DNA from: the human T2T-CHM13v2.0 reference genome, Homo sapiens
Assembly (NCBI RefSeq): GCF_009914755.1
Contig: NC_060947.1
Direction: 5' to 3' (one strand)
DNA: 64,000 bases
Shown here: piece by piece, positions 11,704 through 24,948 of the stretch
How the letters are laid out: each line of letters starts with the position of its first letter
Numbering within the stretch: position 1 is the stretch's first letter
Translations under genes and position numbers: made by a program
The notes under the pieces: generated by a model
The model's database searches: none
Seen by the model: only the letters and a program-made list of their open reading frames with translations
What the model was told of the DNA's origin: nothing

Positions 11704-14018
11704 TGATATGGTTTGGCTCTGTGTCCCCACTCAAATCTCACCTTGAATTAAATCCCCATAATCCCCATGTGTTAAGGGTGGGACCGGGTGGAGATAGTTG
11801 AATCATGAGGGCAGTTTCCTTCATGCTGTTCTCATGACAGTAAGTGAGTTCTCACAAGATCGGATGGTTTTATAGGTATCTGACATTTCCCCTGCTTGCA
11901 CTCCCTTCATCCGGCCACCCTGTGAAAAAGGTGCCTTTTTCTCCTTTGCTTTCTGCCATGATTATAAATTTCTTGGGGCCTCCCCAGCCATGTGGAACTG
12001 TGAGTCAATTAAACTTTTTTTTTAAATAAATCACCCAGTCTTGGGTATTTCTTCATAGCAGTATAAAAATGGACTTATACAGTAAATTGTTACCTAGGTA
12101 GTGGGGTGCTGCTATCAGGATACCCAAAAATGTGGAAGCGACTTTGGAACCGGGTAACAGGCAGAGATTGGAACAGTTTGGAGGACTTAGAATAAGATAG
12201 GAAAATGTGGGAAAGATAGAAACTTCCTAGAGATTTGGAGGACTCAGAAGAAAGGAAGATGTGGCAAAGTTTGGAACTTCCTAGAGACTTGTTAAATGGC
12301 TTTGACCACAATGCCGATAACGGTATGTGCAATAAAAAGCAGGCTGAGGTGGTCTCAGATGGCGGTGAGGAACTTGGTGGGAACTGGAGTAAAGGTGACC
12401 CTTGCTGTGTTTTAGCAAGGAGACTGGCAGCATTTTGGCCCTTCCCTAACGATTGGTGGAACTCTGAACTTGAGGGAGATGGTTTAGGGTGTCTGGCAGA
12501 AGAAATTTCTAAGCAGCGAAACATTCAAAAGGTAACTTGGGTGCTGTTAAAAGCATTCCACTTTAAAAGGAAATCAGCATAAAAGTTCGGAAAGTGTGCG
12601 GCTTGACAATGTGACAGAAAAGAAAAACCCATTTTCTGAGCAGAAATTCAAGCTGGCTGCAGAAATTTGCATAAGTAACAAGGAGCCGAATGTTAATTTC
12701 CAAGATCATGGGGAAAATGTCTCCAGGACATGCCAGAGACCTTTGCAGTTGCCCCTCTCATCACAGGCCCAGAGGCCTAGGAGGAAAACATGGTTTCCTG
12801 GGCCAGATGCAGGGCCTGCCCGCTATGTGCAACCTAGGGACTTGGTGCCCTGTGTCTCAGCCACTCCCATCATGGCTAAAAGGGGCCAAGGTACAGCTCG
12901 GGTTGTTGCTTCAGAGGGTGCAAGCCCCAAGCCTTGGCATCTTACACGTGGTGTTGAGCCTGTGGGTGCACGGAAGTCAAGAATTGAGGTTTGGGAACTT
13001 CTGCCTAGATTTCAGAGGATATCTGGAAACACCTGGATGCCCAGGCAGAAGTTTGCTGCAAGGGCAGGGCCCTCATGGAGAACATCTGCTAAGCCAGTGC
13101 AGAAGGCAAATGTGGGGTTGGAGCCCCCACACAGAGGGCCCACTGGGGAACCACCTAGTGGGCCTGTGAGAAGAGGAGCACTGTCCTCCAGACCCCAGAA
13201 TGGTCGCACCTGAAAAATCAGTAGACACTCAACACCAGCCTGTAAATGCAGCCAGGATCCGGGCTATAACCTGCAAAGCAACAGGGGCGGAGCTGCCCAA
13301 GGCTGTGGGAACCCACCTCTTCCATCAGTGTGACCTGGATGTGAGGCATGGAGTCAAAGGAGATCATTTTGGAGCTTTAAGATTTGACTGCCTCGCTGGA
13401 TTTTGGACTTGTATGGGGCCTTTAGCTCCTTTATTCTGGCCAATTTCTCCCATTGGGAATAGTTGTATTTACCCAATACTTGTACCTCCATTGTCTCGAG
13501 GAAGTAACTAACTTGCTTTTTAATTTTACAGGCTTGTAGGCAGAAGGGGCTTGCCCTGTCTCAGATAAGACTTTGGTCTGTGGATTTTTGAGTTAATGAT
13601 GAAATGAGTTAAGACTTTGGAGGACTGTTGGGAAGGCATTATTGTTTTTGAAATGTGAGGACATGAGATTTGGCAAAGGACCAAGGGCGGAATGATATGA
13701 TTTGGCTCTGTGTCCGCACCTAACTCTTATCTTGAATTCTAATTCCCATAATTCCCACATGTTGTGGGAGGGACTTGGTGAGACATAATTGATTCTTGGG
13801 GTCAGTTTCCCCCATACCACTGTGGTAGTGGGTAAGTCTCATGAGATCTGATGATTTTATAAGGGGTTTCCGCTTTGGCTTCTCTCTCATCCTCTCTTGC
13901 CACCACCATGAAAGAACTTTTCACCTTCCTTCATGATTGTGAGGCCTCCCCAGCCGTGTGGAACTGTGAGTCCATTAAACCTGTTTCTTCCAAGTCTTAG
14001 GTATGTCTTTATCAGCAG
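11704..14018 (+). mobile_element. THE1 MaLR element: 5' LTR 11704-12081 (THE1D-like), internal 12082-13692, 3' LTR 13693-14018 (THE1A/B-like, missing its last ~20 bp)
   Basis: tgatatggtttggctctgtgtcccc LTR starts. Characteristic THE1-int sequence and ORF remnants (LELPRDLLNGFD; PWHLTRGVEPVGARKSRIEVWE). Confidence 0.93.
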
Positions 14019-14899
14019 GTCTACAGATTTGTCATTGGTTTTGTTAAATTATGCCAAAATTAATAATGTTTATAAGCTGTGTAATCAAATACCAATTTAT
14101 ATATTTTCTGTTTTGTTTTGTTCTTTTTTTTGTCATTGGGGAAAATTTAGAAACTGTAAATGTAAAGAAGAAAATTAAAATTATGTATTTACTTCAAGAG
14201 ATAACCACTATTTGCATTTTACTTTCCAAGATAATTCAAGCTCTGGGCCCCTTGTTTTATTGAGGCAATATAGCAGCTTTACCTGTCAGGATTTAGATAG
14301 CAATGAAGGAAATAGGTGTGGACCCTCCCTTTATAAGACTTTCAGTCTAGTTGTAAAAGACAAATTCCAAATGACACAAATAAAAACAAAGAACGTGTGG
14401 ATAAATTGATTAAGTGAAATGAAAGTAAGGATCTGAAAGCAGTAAGAGAGAATAATAGAAAGATGGGGAGATGGGTAGTAATTTGACTGTCTTGAGACTT
14501 GAATTTGAACCAGAGTTGATGCATTGAGACCCAAAAGGGAACCAGACGGAATAAAGACTTGGACAAAATACCCAACATTAACTTTCTGCAAGAAACCTAA
14601 AGCATGAAAAACACTATGCAGCAGAGTTAGCTGGGCTCAGGTGTGCAATCTCGACTCAATGTAAAAATCCTGAGCCTGGAAACAAACATAAAAAGTAGTT
14701 TATAACACTGTCTCCTAGGGTTGTTTCCACAGCTCAAGCCATTCATGAGAGAAAATAGAAGAAAAATATAACTTTCAGGGAAGATGAGCTGTAGGATAAA
14801 AATTCCTAAATAAGCAAACAAAGAAATAAATGGAAGTACAACTCCATGTAAAAGAGCTTACAGATAAACTGTACTTGAGAAATTAGAGCCAATAGAGCA

Positions 14900-15790
<891 letters not shown>

Positions 15791-16405
15791 TGTTCTTCTT
15801 GAGGTGAGTTTTCCTATTGCTTTTATATTTAGAGATTTTTCTTCCCTTGAATGTTTTGATTACGTTTTGAGAGTCCTAGGACCAAAACAAAACATTTGAT
15901 GTGATACAAAAGAACACAATCCAAAGATACAATTTGATTAGGAGATGTTTTAAAAGAGATTTTATTTATCTGTGACACACCTCATGCCATAGAAATTTTG
16001 CCAGATTTAAGAGAAGGACACTTTCACAAATATAGTTTTTAATTGTTTAAAGTTGAAATATTTCAATACTATATTATCCAATCTTCTTCCAGCAGCTCTC
16101 CACTCCTATTGTAATAGCAAAATGGAAGAGTCCTGTTTTTATTTAGCCACCACTAACTTTGTTTAATCGTTGGAAATTTTAAGTTTTTATACCACCACCA
16201 ATAATTTGTCATTATACCTTTAAAATATGATATTACCTAAATTTACATATCAGCAGAGATTACACCTATCAGGTATATTTGAAAACTAAAAAAAAATTAA
16301 TCAAACACAATTTTCTGGAAATGAAATGAACGGGTAAGTCACTTTACAATCCGGTGACTAGATGTCCATTATTTTGACTAGAGGAAATAATGGGGATAGA
16401 GAACT

Positions 16406-16782
16406 ATCTTAGTCAGTTTGGGCTGCTATAACAAAATGCCATAAACTGGGTGGCTTATAAACAATGGAAATTTATTTCTCACAGTTCTGAAGTCTGCAAG
16501 TTGGGAATCAGGATGCCAGCATTGTTTATTTCTGATGAGGATTCTCTTATCTTCTGAGTTGCACACTGACTGACTTCTTGTTTAATGTTCACCTGGCAGA
16601 GAGTAGACCAAGGAAATATACTCTCTTGACTATTATGAGGTCACTAATCCTATTTATGAGGCCTTCACCCTTATGACCTCATCTAATCCTAATCACTTCA
16701 CAAAGGTCCTGTCTCTTAATAATATCCCAATTAGAGGTGGGTTGTCAATATAGGAAATCTGGGGGAACTTAAGTATTCAGCC
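16406..16782 (-). mobile_element. MLT1A/B-type MaLR solo LTR
   Basis: tcttagtcagtttgggctgctataacaaaatgccataaactgggtggcttataaacaa...tttctcacagttctg. Confidence 0.8.
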
Positions 16783-17160
16783 TGATATGGTTTGGCTCTG
16801 TTCCCACCCAAATCTCACCTTGAATTGTAATCCCCATAATCCCCACGTGTGGTAGGAGGGACCGATGGGAGGTAATTGAATCATGGGGTCAGTTTCCCCC
16901 ATGCTATTCTCATGATAGTAAGTTCTCACAACCAAAATCTGATGGTTTTGTAAGGGGCTTTCCCCCCTTTGCTTGGTTCTCATTCTTCTCCTTCCTGCTG
17001 TCCTGTGAAGAAGGACATGTTTGCTTTCTCTTTTGCTATGATTGAAAGTTTCCTCAGGCCTCCCCATCCCTGTGGAATTGTGTCAATTAAACCTCTTTTC
17101 TATAAAATGTATGAAGCCTTGGGCAGCTTTTTATAGCAGCATGAGAACGGAACAATAAAA
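16783..17160 (+). mobile_element. THE1C/D solo LTR
   Basis: tgatatggtttggctctg...caattaaacctc...atagcagcatgagaacgga. Confidence 0.9.
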
Positions 17161-17259
17161 GTACCAATGCAAAAGGGTTCTGTCCTTTAGACTCCTCAAT
17201 TAATGTTATACCTCTGTAATCATATTATATTCATATCCTTGCACATTATGTTGTTAAAA

Positions 17260-18960
17260 TTCCACTTACGTGTTCTTTAGAGTGTTCATGCCTTCTATAT
17301 TTTACATTCAGCTCTTTAATACATTTGAAATTTACCTTAGTATTTGATTTGAGGTCAGGATATACTTAAGAGATTTTCAAATAGTTATCTTCTTTGATTG
17401 ACATCATTTAAGGAATATTTTGTTTCCATTGTTTTGTGGTGATTCACTTTTAATTTGCTGATTTTGTTTTTATAATAAAGTCCCTTTCAGAGCAATATAG
17501 TTCATGCAATTTATCTTTCTATTGATTCTTGCGTCAGTACCAAATTCTTAATGACTGTGACTGACAGTCATTTTAATATCTGGTTGAGCAAATCTCTCTG
17601 CAATGTCCTTTTCTCACTTCTTCAACATGTTCCTAGCTATTACAAGTATCAAAAGTTTGTTTTTACAGAAGAATATTAGAATATAATTTTAATTCAATTT
17701 TTTCCTATGATATTTTTATTTGAACTTGGAGGGCTCAGAAGAAGACAGGAAAATGAGGGAAAGCTTGGAACTTCATAGATATTGTTTAAAACTATAAACT
17801 AATTTTACAAAAATGAATATATATATAATATATAATATTCTTAAGAGATCATTACAAATCTTGATGGATCTTCAGTTATTACAATATTTTCTAAATAATC
17901 TTTCATCTATCTTTTTTAGTTCCCTTTATTTAGGTTCAATTAATTATTTTAAGATCATTTCTAGATGTTTCATGTCTTCTATTTCTATTGTGGATTTAAT
18001 TCTCTATATAATTAGTAACATTTATATTTAATTTTTAAAATAATTATTGTCTGTTGCACTGATATTTTAAACTAGAAAAGCTCTAGAACTCCCATATAAT
18101 TTTATTTTATTATGCTTCCATTTTTTTCTGGTGTATATTCCAGGTAGATCATTAGATCATGTAATACTTTTAACAATTTTTTCCTACTTCTGTTATTCAG
18201 AGCATAAAAGTTCATGGCTGTTACTTCTTCATGGTGAAATGAAACTTTTATATATGAATGATATCTCAAATTGGTAAAGGTGACTTAGGTCACAACCTTT
18301 ACTTTCCTCAGAACTCTGTAGACACTGCTTCATTTTCTTCCAGTGCTCAATATTGCAGAGAAAAGTTCTGGTATCAGATTGGGATTTTTGTTCCTTTGTG
18401 AGTTGCCTGATTTTTCTGCTGAGCTGTATGTACAATTTTTTTTGTACATGTAATTCAAAAATATCACTAGGATTTGTCTACATATTTTTCTCTTTTCATT
18501 AACTTTAACTGAAATACAATTAACTTTTTTCATCAGCAGACCCCTTTATTCAGCTCATAAAAAGTTTCTTCTATTATGCCTTTAGTTAGTTATTCTCTTC
18601 TATTATGCCTTTAGTTAGTTATTCTCTTCTATTATGCCTTTAGTTAGTTATTCTCTTCTATTATGCCTTTAGTTAGTTATTCTCTTCTATTATGCCTTTA
18701 GTTAGTTATTCTCTTCTATTATGCCTTTAGTTAGTTATTCTCTTCTATTATGCCTTTAGTTAGTTATTCTCTTCTATTATGCCTTTAGTTAGTTATTCTC
18801 TTCTATTATGCCTTTAGTTAGTTATTCTCTTCTATTATGCCTTTAGTTATTCTTTCGGCTTAATTTTGGTTTCTTCCTTTGGGTAGCCAATTACCTGCAA
18901 ATCAAATTTTGGCTGTCTCTTGTCCTATCTCTCATTTTCTTTCATTATTTTCATCTCTTC
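17260..18960 (-). mobile_element. Highly diverged L1M (L1ME-like) fragments
   Basis: T-rich antisense ORF2 motifs (tctttaatacatttgaa; attcttgcgtcagtacc) and ORF1-end motifs (tattgcagagaaaagttctg; ttcctttgtgagttgcctg). Confidence 0.6.
18567..18852. repeat. 29-bp minisatellite (TATTATGCCTTTAGTTAGTTATTCTCTTC), 9 identical copies plus a partial copy
   Basis: Units start at 18572, 18601, 18630 ... 18804, with a partial unit at 18833. Confidence 0.98.
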
Positions 18961-19149
18961 ATTGGTTTTTTCCATAGTTTAGTGTGGGGGACATGCTTAT
19001 AGAATTCAGGATCTGACAAAGAGTAAGAAACCAGGAAATAATTACTATATAATTATATCCAAAGCCCTTCTTTACCCAGACTTTATTCACTGCACGAAGG
19101 TGTTAACAAATTCCATTGTTGTGCAAATTTAAGACTAATAAATCATTTT

Positions 19150-19310
19150 ACATCCATAATTTTATTTGACTCTCATAACAACACTTAGAAGTGAGATATT
19201 ATTGTTGCTATTTTATAGATGGAAAAACTGATGTTCAGAAAGGTTAAGTAATTTAAGATTGCACAACTGGGTACTGGTGGATCTAAGAACAGGGACCTCA
19301 TTCTAGAGAG
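19150..19310 (-). mobile_element. MIR
   Basis: ctcataacaac...attttatagatggaaaaactgatgttcagaaaggttaagtaa core. Confidence 0.8.
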
Positions 19311-20389
19311 TGCCCCAATCATTACTCTTTCCTCTCTTGGGCAGCATTGATACTTGGTAACTGTTCCTTCAGAATATAAAACCCTCCAAATAAAGAATTA
19401 GCTATGGAATTTCAGCTTGAGGGATTTGTACTTTCAGGACGCAAGAAATCATTATTTGTCATTTTTTTTCTTTGTTTAAACTGACATCATGGCATTTTCT
19501 ATTCTTCAAACAGATATTCTAATCACTCTAGCAATATAAAGCAATTGTAATCACAGATGTACTTGATCCTTCTTGCTGGCTCTCTTTTCCAAAAATAGAA
19601 TCTTTGCTTCGGATTCCTCATGAAATAGTACAGTTGGGCCTTTGTGTTTAAACTTCCTGATTATTTGAAAATAGCTTTATCTGCAAACTGCAATATCATA
19701 AAAAGAGAATAAAAATATAAGAAAAAAGAAAAACCTTACCACAGTTTTTGATATATGTCACACATTGATGAAAGCTTTCCTCACACACTAAATGGCAGTT
19801 GAATATTTAACTCTGAAATTTAGTATTTCGTATTTATTGGTATAAATATGATTATGCTTTTCGGCTCTAAAATAGTAGATCATTATTTGTTAAGGATCGG
19901 GACATTGCATTTCTAAAATCTGTCATATGAATATTGCATGGTGAATTTATATGTAAAATCTATCTCTATCTCAGTTGTGTATAGGCTTATGTTGCTCTAG
20001 TGGTAGTGGGCCTTGATGCTAGACCATCCTCTGCTCCCTGGGCCTTCTTCACAAACACACACACAATCACAAACACACACAAACATCTACATAAATTGTA
20101 ACCTCCTAGGGTCCCAGACTAATGGAGACAATACAAAGACTCATCTTCTTTGTGATACTTTCTGATCCCTGTGATGTCAGAAGACCTGCTCCAGAGAGAT
20201 CTGTGAAGCATTTTTTTTCCATAGTGAATTACAGGAACAGAGTTTTACTCTCTGCTCCTTCTAGGGTAATATCCAGGATTGTACCTCCCTGGCTAAAACT
20301 CAAAGGGAGGGCTAAGAAATTTCTCAGCCCTTGTGCCTTTATATCAATTCTAATTCCAAACTACCTTTGACTGCTTCAAGCAGAGTACT

Positions 20390-20625
20390 TGAAAAATTAG
20401 AGGCATCATACTACTTATCTTCAAAATACATTACAAAGCAATAGTAATTAAAACAGCATAGTATTGTCATAAAAACAGATACATAGACAAATGAAACAGA
20501 ATGGAGAACCCAGAAATAAATTCACACATTTACAGCCAACTGGTTTTTCACAAAGGAGCCAAGAACACACACTGGGCAAAAGATAGTCTCTTCAAGAAGT
20601 GTTGCTGAGAAAGCTAGATATCCAG
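20390..20625 (+). mobile_element. L1MA ORF2 C-terminal fragment
   Basis: gaggcatcatactac...aaaacagcatagtattg...acagaatggagaacccagaaataaa. Confidence 0.85.
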
Positions 20626-20641
20626 ATATCTAGTTTTACTA

Positions 20642-20688
20642 GATATATGCATTATATATAGCATATATATTTATATATGATATATATA

Positions 20689-20738
<50 letters not shown>

Positions 20739-20750
20739 CACACACACACA
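20642..20750. repeat. (TA)n/(CA)n microsatellite
   Basis: Directly visible. Confidence 0.95.
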
Positions 20751-20831
20751 GGAGAATACTAGACAGAGTCCTAAAAAAAATTCTCTCATTTGGTACAATA
20801 TGGATGAATTCCTAGTAGTCATTATGTTAGG

Positions 20832-21145
20832 TGAGTCAATTAAACTTCTTTTTTTATAAATTACCCAGTCTCATGTATTTTCTATAGCAGTGTGAGAATT
20901 GACTAATATACAAGGTCTCGTTATTTAAAAGCATGTAGGTCATCTCTTCTTCCTGCTCCAGCCATGTAAGACATGCTTGCTTCCTCTTAACCTTCCACCA
21001 TTATTGAAAGTTTCCTGAGGCCTCCCCAGAAGCCATCATGCTTTCTGTACAGCCTGTGAAATTGTGACCCAATTAAACCTCATTTCTTTGTAAATTACCC
21101 AGTCTCAGTTATTTATTTATAGCAATGTGAGAAAGGACTAATACA
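20832..21145 (+). mobile_element. Two tandem MaLR (MSTA/THE1-type) LTR 3' fragments
   Basis: caattaaac...aaattacccagtctc...tatagca..gtgaga...gactaata occurs twice (20832-20912 and 20915-21145). Confidence 0.85.
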
Positions 21146-21945
21146 CTGATTAAAAATGGTAAAAATATCTGAATAGGCATTTATCAAAAGAAGAAACAGA
21201 AATTGCCAATGGGTATATGAAAAAAACGTGAAGTGTATCTAATAATCAGTAAAATGCAAGTCAAAACCACAGTGTGATATCATATCATCCCAGTTAGAAT
21301 AAATATTATCATGAAGAATGAAAAAATAATTGCTGGCAAAGATATGGAGAAAAGGGAACTTTAATACCCTGTTGGTAGGAACGTATATTAGTAAAGCCAT
21401 TATAGAAAACTGTATGGAGTGTCCTCAAAATACTGAAAATAGAATTACTGTATAGTACAGCAGCCTCACTTCTGGGTGTATATCCAAAAGACATGGAATC
21501 AGCACATTGCAGAGCTATCTGCACTCTCATGTTCATTGCAGTACTCTTCACAATAGCCAATAAATGGAATCCACCTAAGTGTCCATCAACACATGAATGC
21601 TTAAAGAAAATGTTATACATATATATATACACACAATATATATATATATATATCGCATATATTTATATATCATATAGATATATACATTATACACACACAC
21701 AATGGAATACTATACAGAGTCCTAAAAAAATAAAATTATCTCATTTGGGACAATATGGATGAACTCCTAGTAGTCATTATGTCAGGTGAAGTAAGCCCAG
21801 CACAAAAGGAAAGATAACGTATGATCTCACTCTTATGGAATCTTAAAAAGTTTACCTCATGGAAGTAGAGAGTAGAACAGTGGTTAACAGATGCTGGGGA
21901 GAAGATGGAGGGACAGTGGAGACATGTTGGTTAAAGAATGCATAT
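21146..21945 (+). mobile_element. L1MA ORF2 end and 3'UTR, 3' end truncated
   Basis: ICTLMFIAVLFTIANKWNPPKCPST remnant; tgatctcactcttatggaatcttaaaaagt; gaagtagagagtagaacagtggtt. Confidence 0.85.
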
Positions 21946-21987
21946 TGGGAATTCTCTGTGTCCTGGGAATTATCTGGCTCCTTGGTC

Positions 21988-22074
21988 CAGGAGAATTACT
22001 TAAATCCGGGAGGCAGAGGTTGCAGTAAGCTGAGACTGCACCACTGCACTCTGCACTCCTGGGCAACAGAGTGA
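21988..22074 (+). mobile_element. Alu right-arm 3' fragment
   Basis: caggagaattacttaaatccgggaggcagaggttgcagt...ctgggcaacagagtga followed by an A tail. Confidence 0.85.
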
Positions 22075-24948
22075 CACTGCCAAAAAAAAAAAAATTATTC
22101 CGGGCCTGAAGTCAACACTGGACTAAATGGATCTGCTGGACATCTACAGAACTCTCCACCCAAAAGCCAACAGAATATACACTCTACTCCTCAGTACATG
22201 GCACATACCCTAAAATAGACCCCACAGTTGGACATAAAAGAATTCTCAGCAAATGCAGAAGAATCAAAATCATACCAAACACTCCCTCAGACCAACTGCA
22301 ATGAAAATAGAATTCAAGACTAAGAAAATTGCTCAAAACCATACAATTAATTACATGGAAATTAAACAATCTACTTATGAGTGATTTGGGATAAATAATG
22401 AAATTAAGGCAGAAAGCAAGAAGTTCTTTGAAACTAATGAGAACAAGTATACAACATACCAGAATATCTGGGACAAAGATAAGGCAGTGTTGAAAGGGAA
22501 ATGTATAGCACTAAATGACATATCAAAATGTTAGAAAGACCTCAAATTAACAACATAACATCACAACTAAAAGAACTAGAGAAGCAAGAACAAACCAATT
22601 CCAAAGCTAGCAGAAGACAAGAAATAACCAAAATCAGAGCTGAACTGAAAAAGATTGAGACACAAAAAAAATCATTCAAAAGATCAGTGAATCCAGGAGC
22701 TGATTTATTGAAAGAAAGAATAAGATGGATAGACTGCCAGCAAGACTAATAAAGAAGAAGAGAGAGAAAATCCAAGTAAACACAAGTAGAAACAACCAAG
22801 GGGATATTAGTATTGATCCCACAGAAATAAAAATAACAATCAGAGACTACTGTGAACACCTATGTGCACACAAACTAAAAAATATGAAAAAAAGACAAAT
22901 TCCTGGACACATACACCCTCCCAAGACTGAACCAGGGAGAAACTGAATCCCTGAACACACCAATAATGAGGTTCAAAATCGAATCAGTAATAAATAGCTG
23001 TATTAGTTCATTCTTTCATTGATATAAAGAAATACCTGAGACAGGATCATTTATAAAGAAAAAGAGGTTTAATTGGCTCACTGGTCTGCAGGCTGTACAG
23101 GAAGTGTAACATTGGCATCTGCTTCTGGGGAGATCTCTGGAAGCTGAAAATTATGGTGGAAGGTGAAATGAGAGTTTTCGCATCACATGGCAAAAGCTGG
23201 ATCAAGAGACAGAAGGGGGAGGTGCTACACACTTTTAAACAACCAGATCTCATGAGAATGGACTATTTAAAGGACAGTACCAAGGGGAATACTAAACCAT
23301 TCATGAGTAATCCACTAATCATAATTCAATCACCTTCACCCCAGCAGACCCCATCTTTAACATTGGGGATTACAATTCGACATGAGATTTGAGGGGAACA
23401 CAGATCCAATCCATATCGATAGCCTACCAACCAAAATATGCCCGGGACTGGATGAATTCTCAGCCAAATTCTACCAGATATAAAAAGAAGAGCTGGTACC
23501 ATTTCTTCTGAAACTATTCCAAAAAATTGAAGAGGAAGGCTCCTCCTCAACTAATTTTATGAAGCCAGCATCATCCTGATACCAAAATCTGGCAGAGACA
23601 CAACAACAACAAAACTTCAGGCCAATATCCTTGATGAACATTGATGAAAAATTGCTCAACAAAATGCTAGCACACTGAATTCAGCAGCACATTAAAATGC
23701 TAATCCACCAGGATCAAGAAAGCTTTATCCCCGGGATGCAAGTTTGGTTCAACATATGCAAATCAATAAGCGTGATTCATCACGCAAACAGAATTAAAGA
23801 CATAAACATCATAATCACTTCAATAGATGCAAAAAAAAACTTTCAATAAAATTCAACATCCCTTAATGTTAAAAACTCTGAACAACCTAGGTATTGAAGG
23901 AACATACCTCAACATAATAAGAACCATCTGTGAAAAACCCACAGCCAATATCATACTGAATAGACAAAAGCTGGAAGCATTCCACTTGAAAACTGGCACA
24001 AGAAAAGGATGCCCTCTCACCAGTTCTATTCAACGTAGTATTGGAAGTCCTGGCTAGGGCAATCAGGAAAAAAAAATAAATAAAGGGTGTCCAAATAGAA
24101 AGAGAGGAAGTCCAACTATACCTATTTTGCAGACGACATGATTCTATATCTAGAAAACCCCATAGTCTTTATCCAAAAGCTCCTTCAGGTGATTAAAAAA
24201 AAAAAAAAACACTTCAGCAAAATTTCAGGATACAAAATCAATGTACAAAAATCACAATGATTCCATATACCAACTACAGCCAAGCTGAGAGCCAAGTCAG
24301 GAAGGCAATCCCATTCACAGTTGTCACTAAAATAATAAAATATTTAGGAATACAACTAACCAGGTAGGTAAATTTTCTCTACAGAGAGAATTTAAAAACA
24401 ATGCTGAAAGAAAGCAGAGATGACACAAACAAATGAAAAATCATTCTGTGCTCATGGATAGGAAGAATAAATATAATTAAAATGACCCTACTGCCAAAAA
24501 GAATTTACAGATTCAATGCTATTCCTATCAAACTACCAACGACATTTTTCACAGAATTAGAAAAAAAACTATATTTTCAAAATCATATGGAACAAGAAAA
24601 GACCCTGACTAGCCAAGGCAATCTTAAGCAAAAAGAACAAAGCTGCAGGCATCATGCTGACCAACTTTAAACTATTCTACAGGGCTGCAGTAACCAAAAC
24701 AGCATGGTACTGGTACAAGAACAGACACATTGGCCAATGGAACAGAATGGAGAACTCAGAAATAAGACCACACACCTATAGCTATCTGACCTTTGACAAA
24801 CTTGACAAAAACAAGGAATGGGGAAAGGATTCCCTATTCAATAAATGCTGCTGGGATAACTGGCTAGCCATATGCAGATGATTGAAACTGGACCCCTTGC
24901 TTATACCACATACAAAAATTGACTCAAGACGGATTAGAGACTTAAATG
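22075..24948 (+). mobile_element. L1PA (about L1PA13-16) ORF2 fragment, truncated at both ends
   Basis: [27 protein letters not shown]; [20 protein letters not shown]; lf(a)dd motif (ttttgcagacgacatg) at about 24125; [17 protein letters not shown]. Confidence 0.92.
22999..23418 (-). mobile_element. MSTA/MSTB solo LTR nested in L1
   Basis: Perfect 5-bp TSD ATAGC (22994-98 / 23419-23); tgtattagt...ccatatc termini. Confidence 0.92.

Noticed and set aside
12235-13511. 115, 205 and 103 aa ORFs
   Set aside because: Broken remnants of the THE1 internal ORF, not a host gene.
18567-18852. CRISPR-like 29-bp repeats
   Set aside because: Head-to-tail with no spacers, no cas genes, and a primate context.
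19740-19787. Possible 48-bp minus-strand exon (AG...GTAAGG; one open frame CEESFHQCVTYIKNC)
   Set aside because: Weak polypyrimidine tract, no partner exons and no recognisable homology; consistent with chance.
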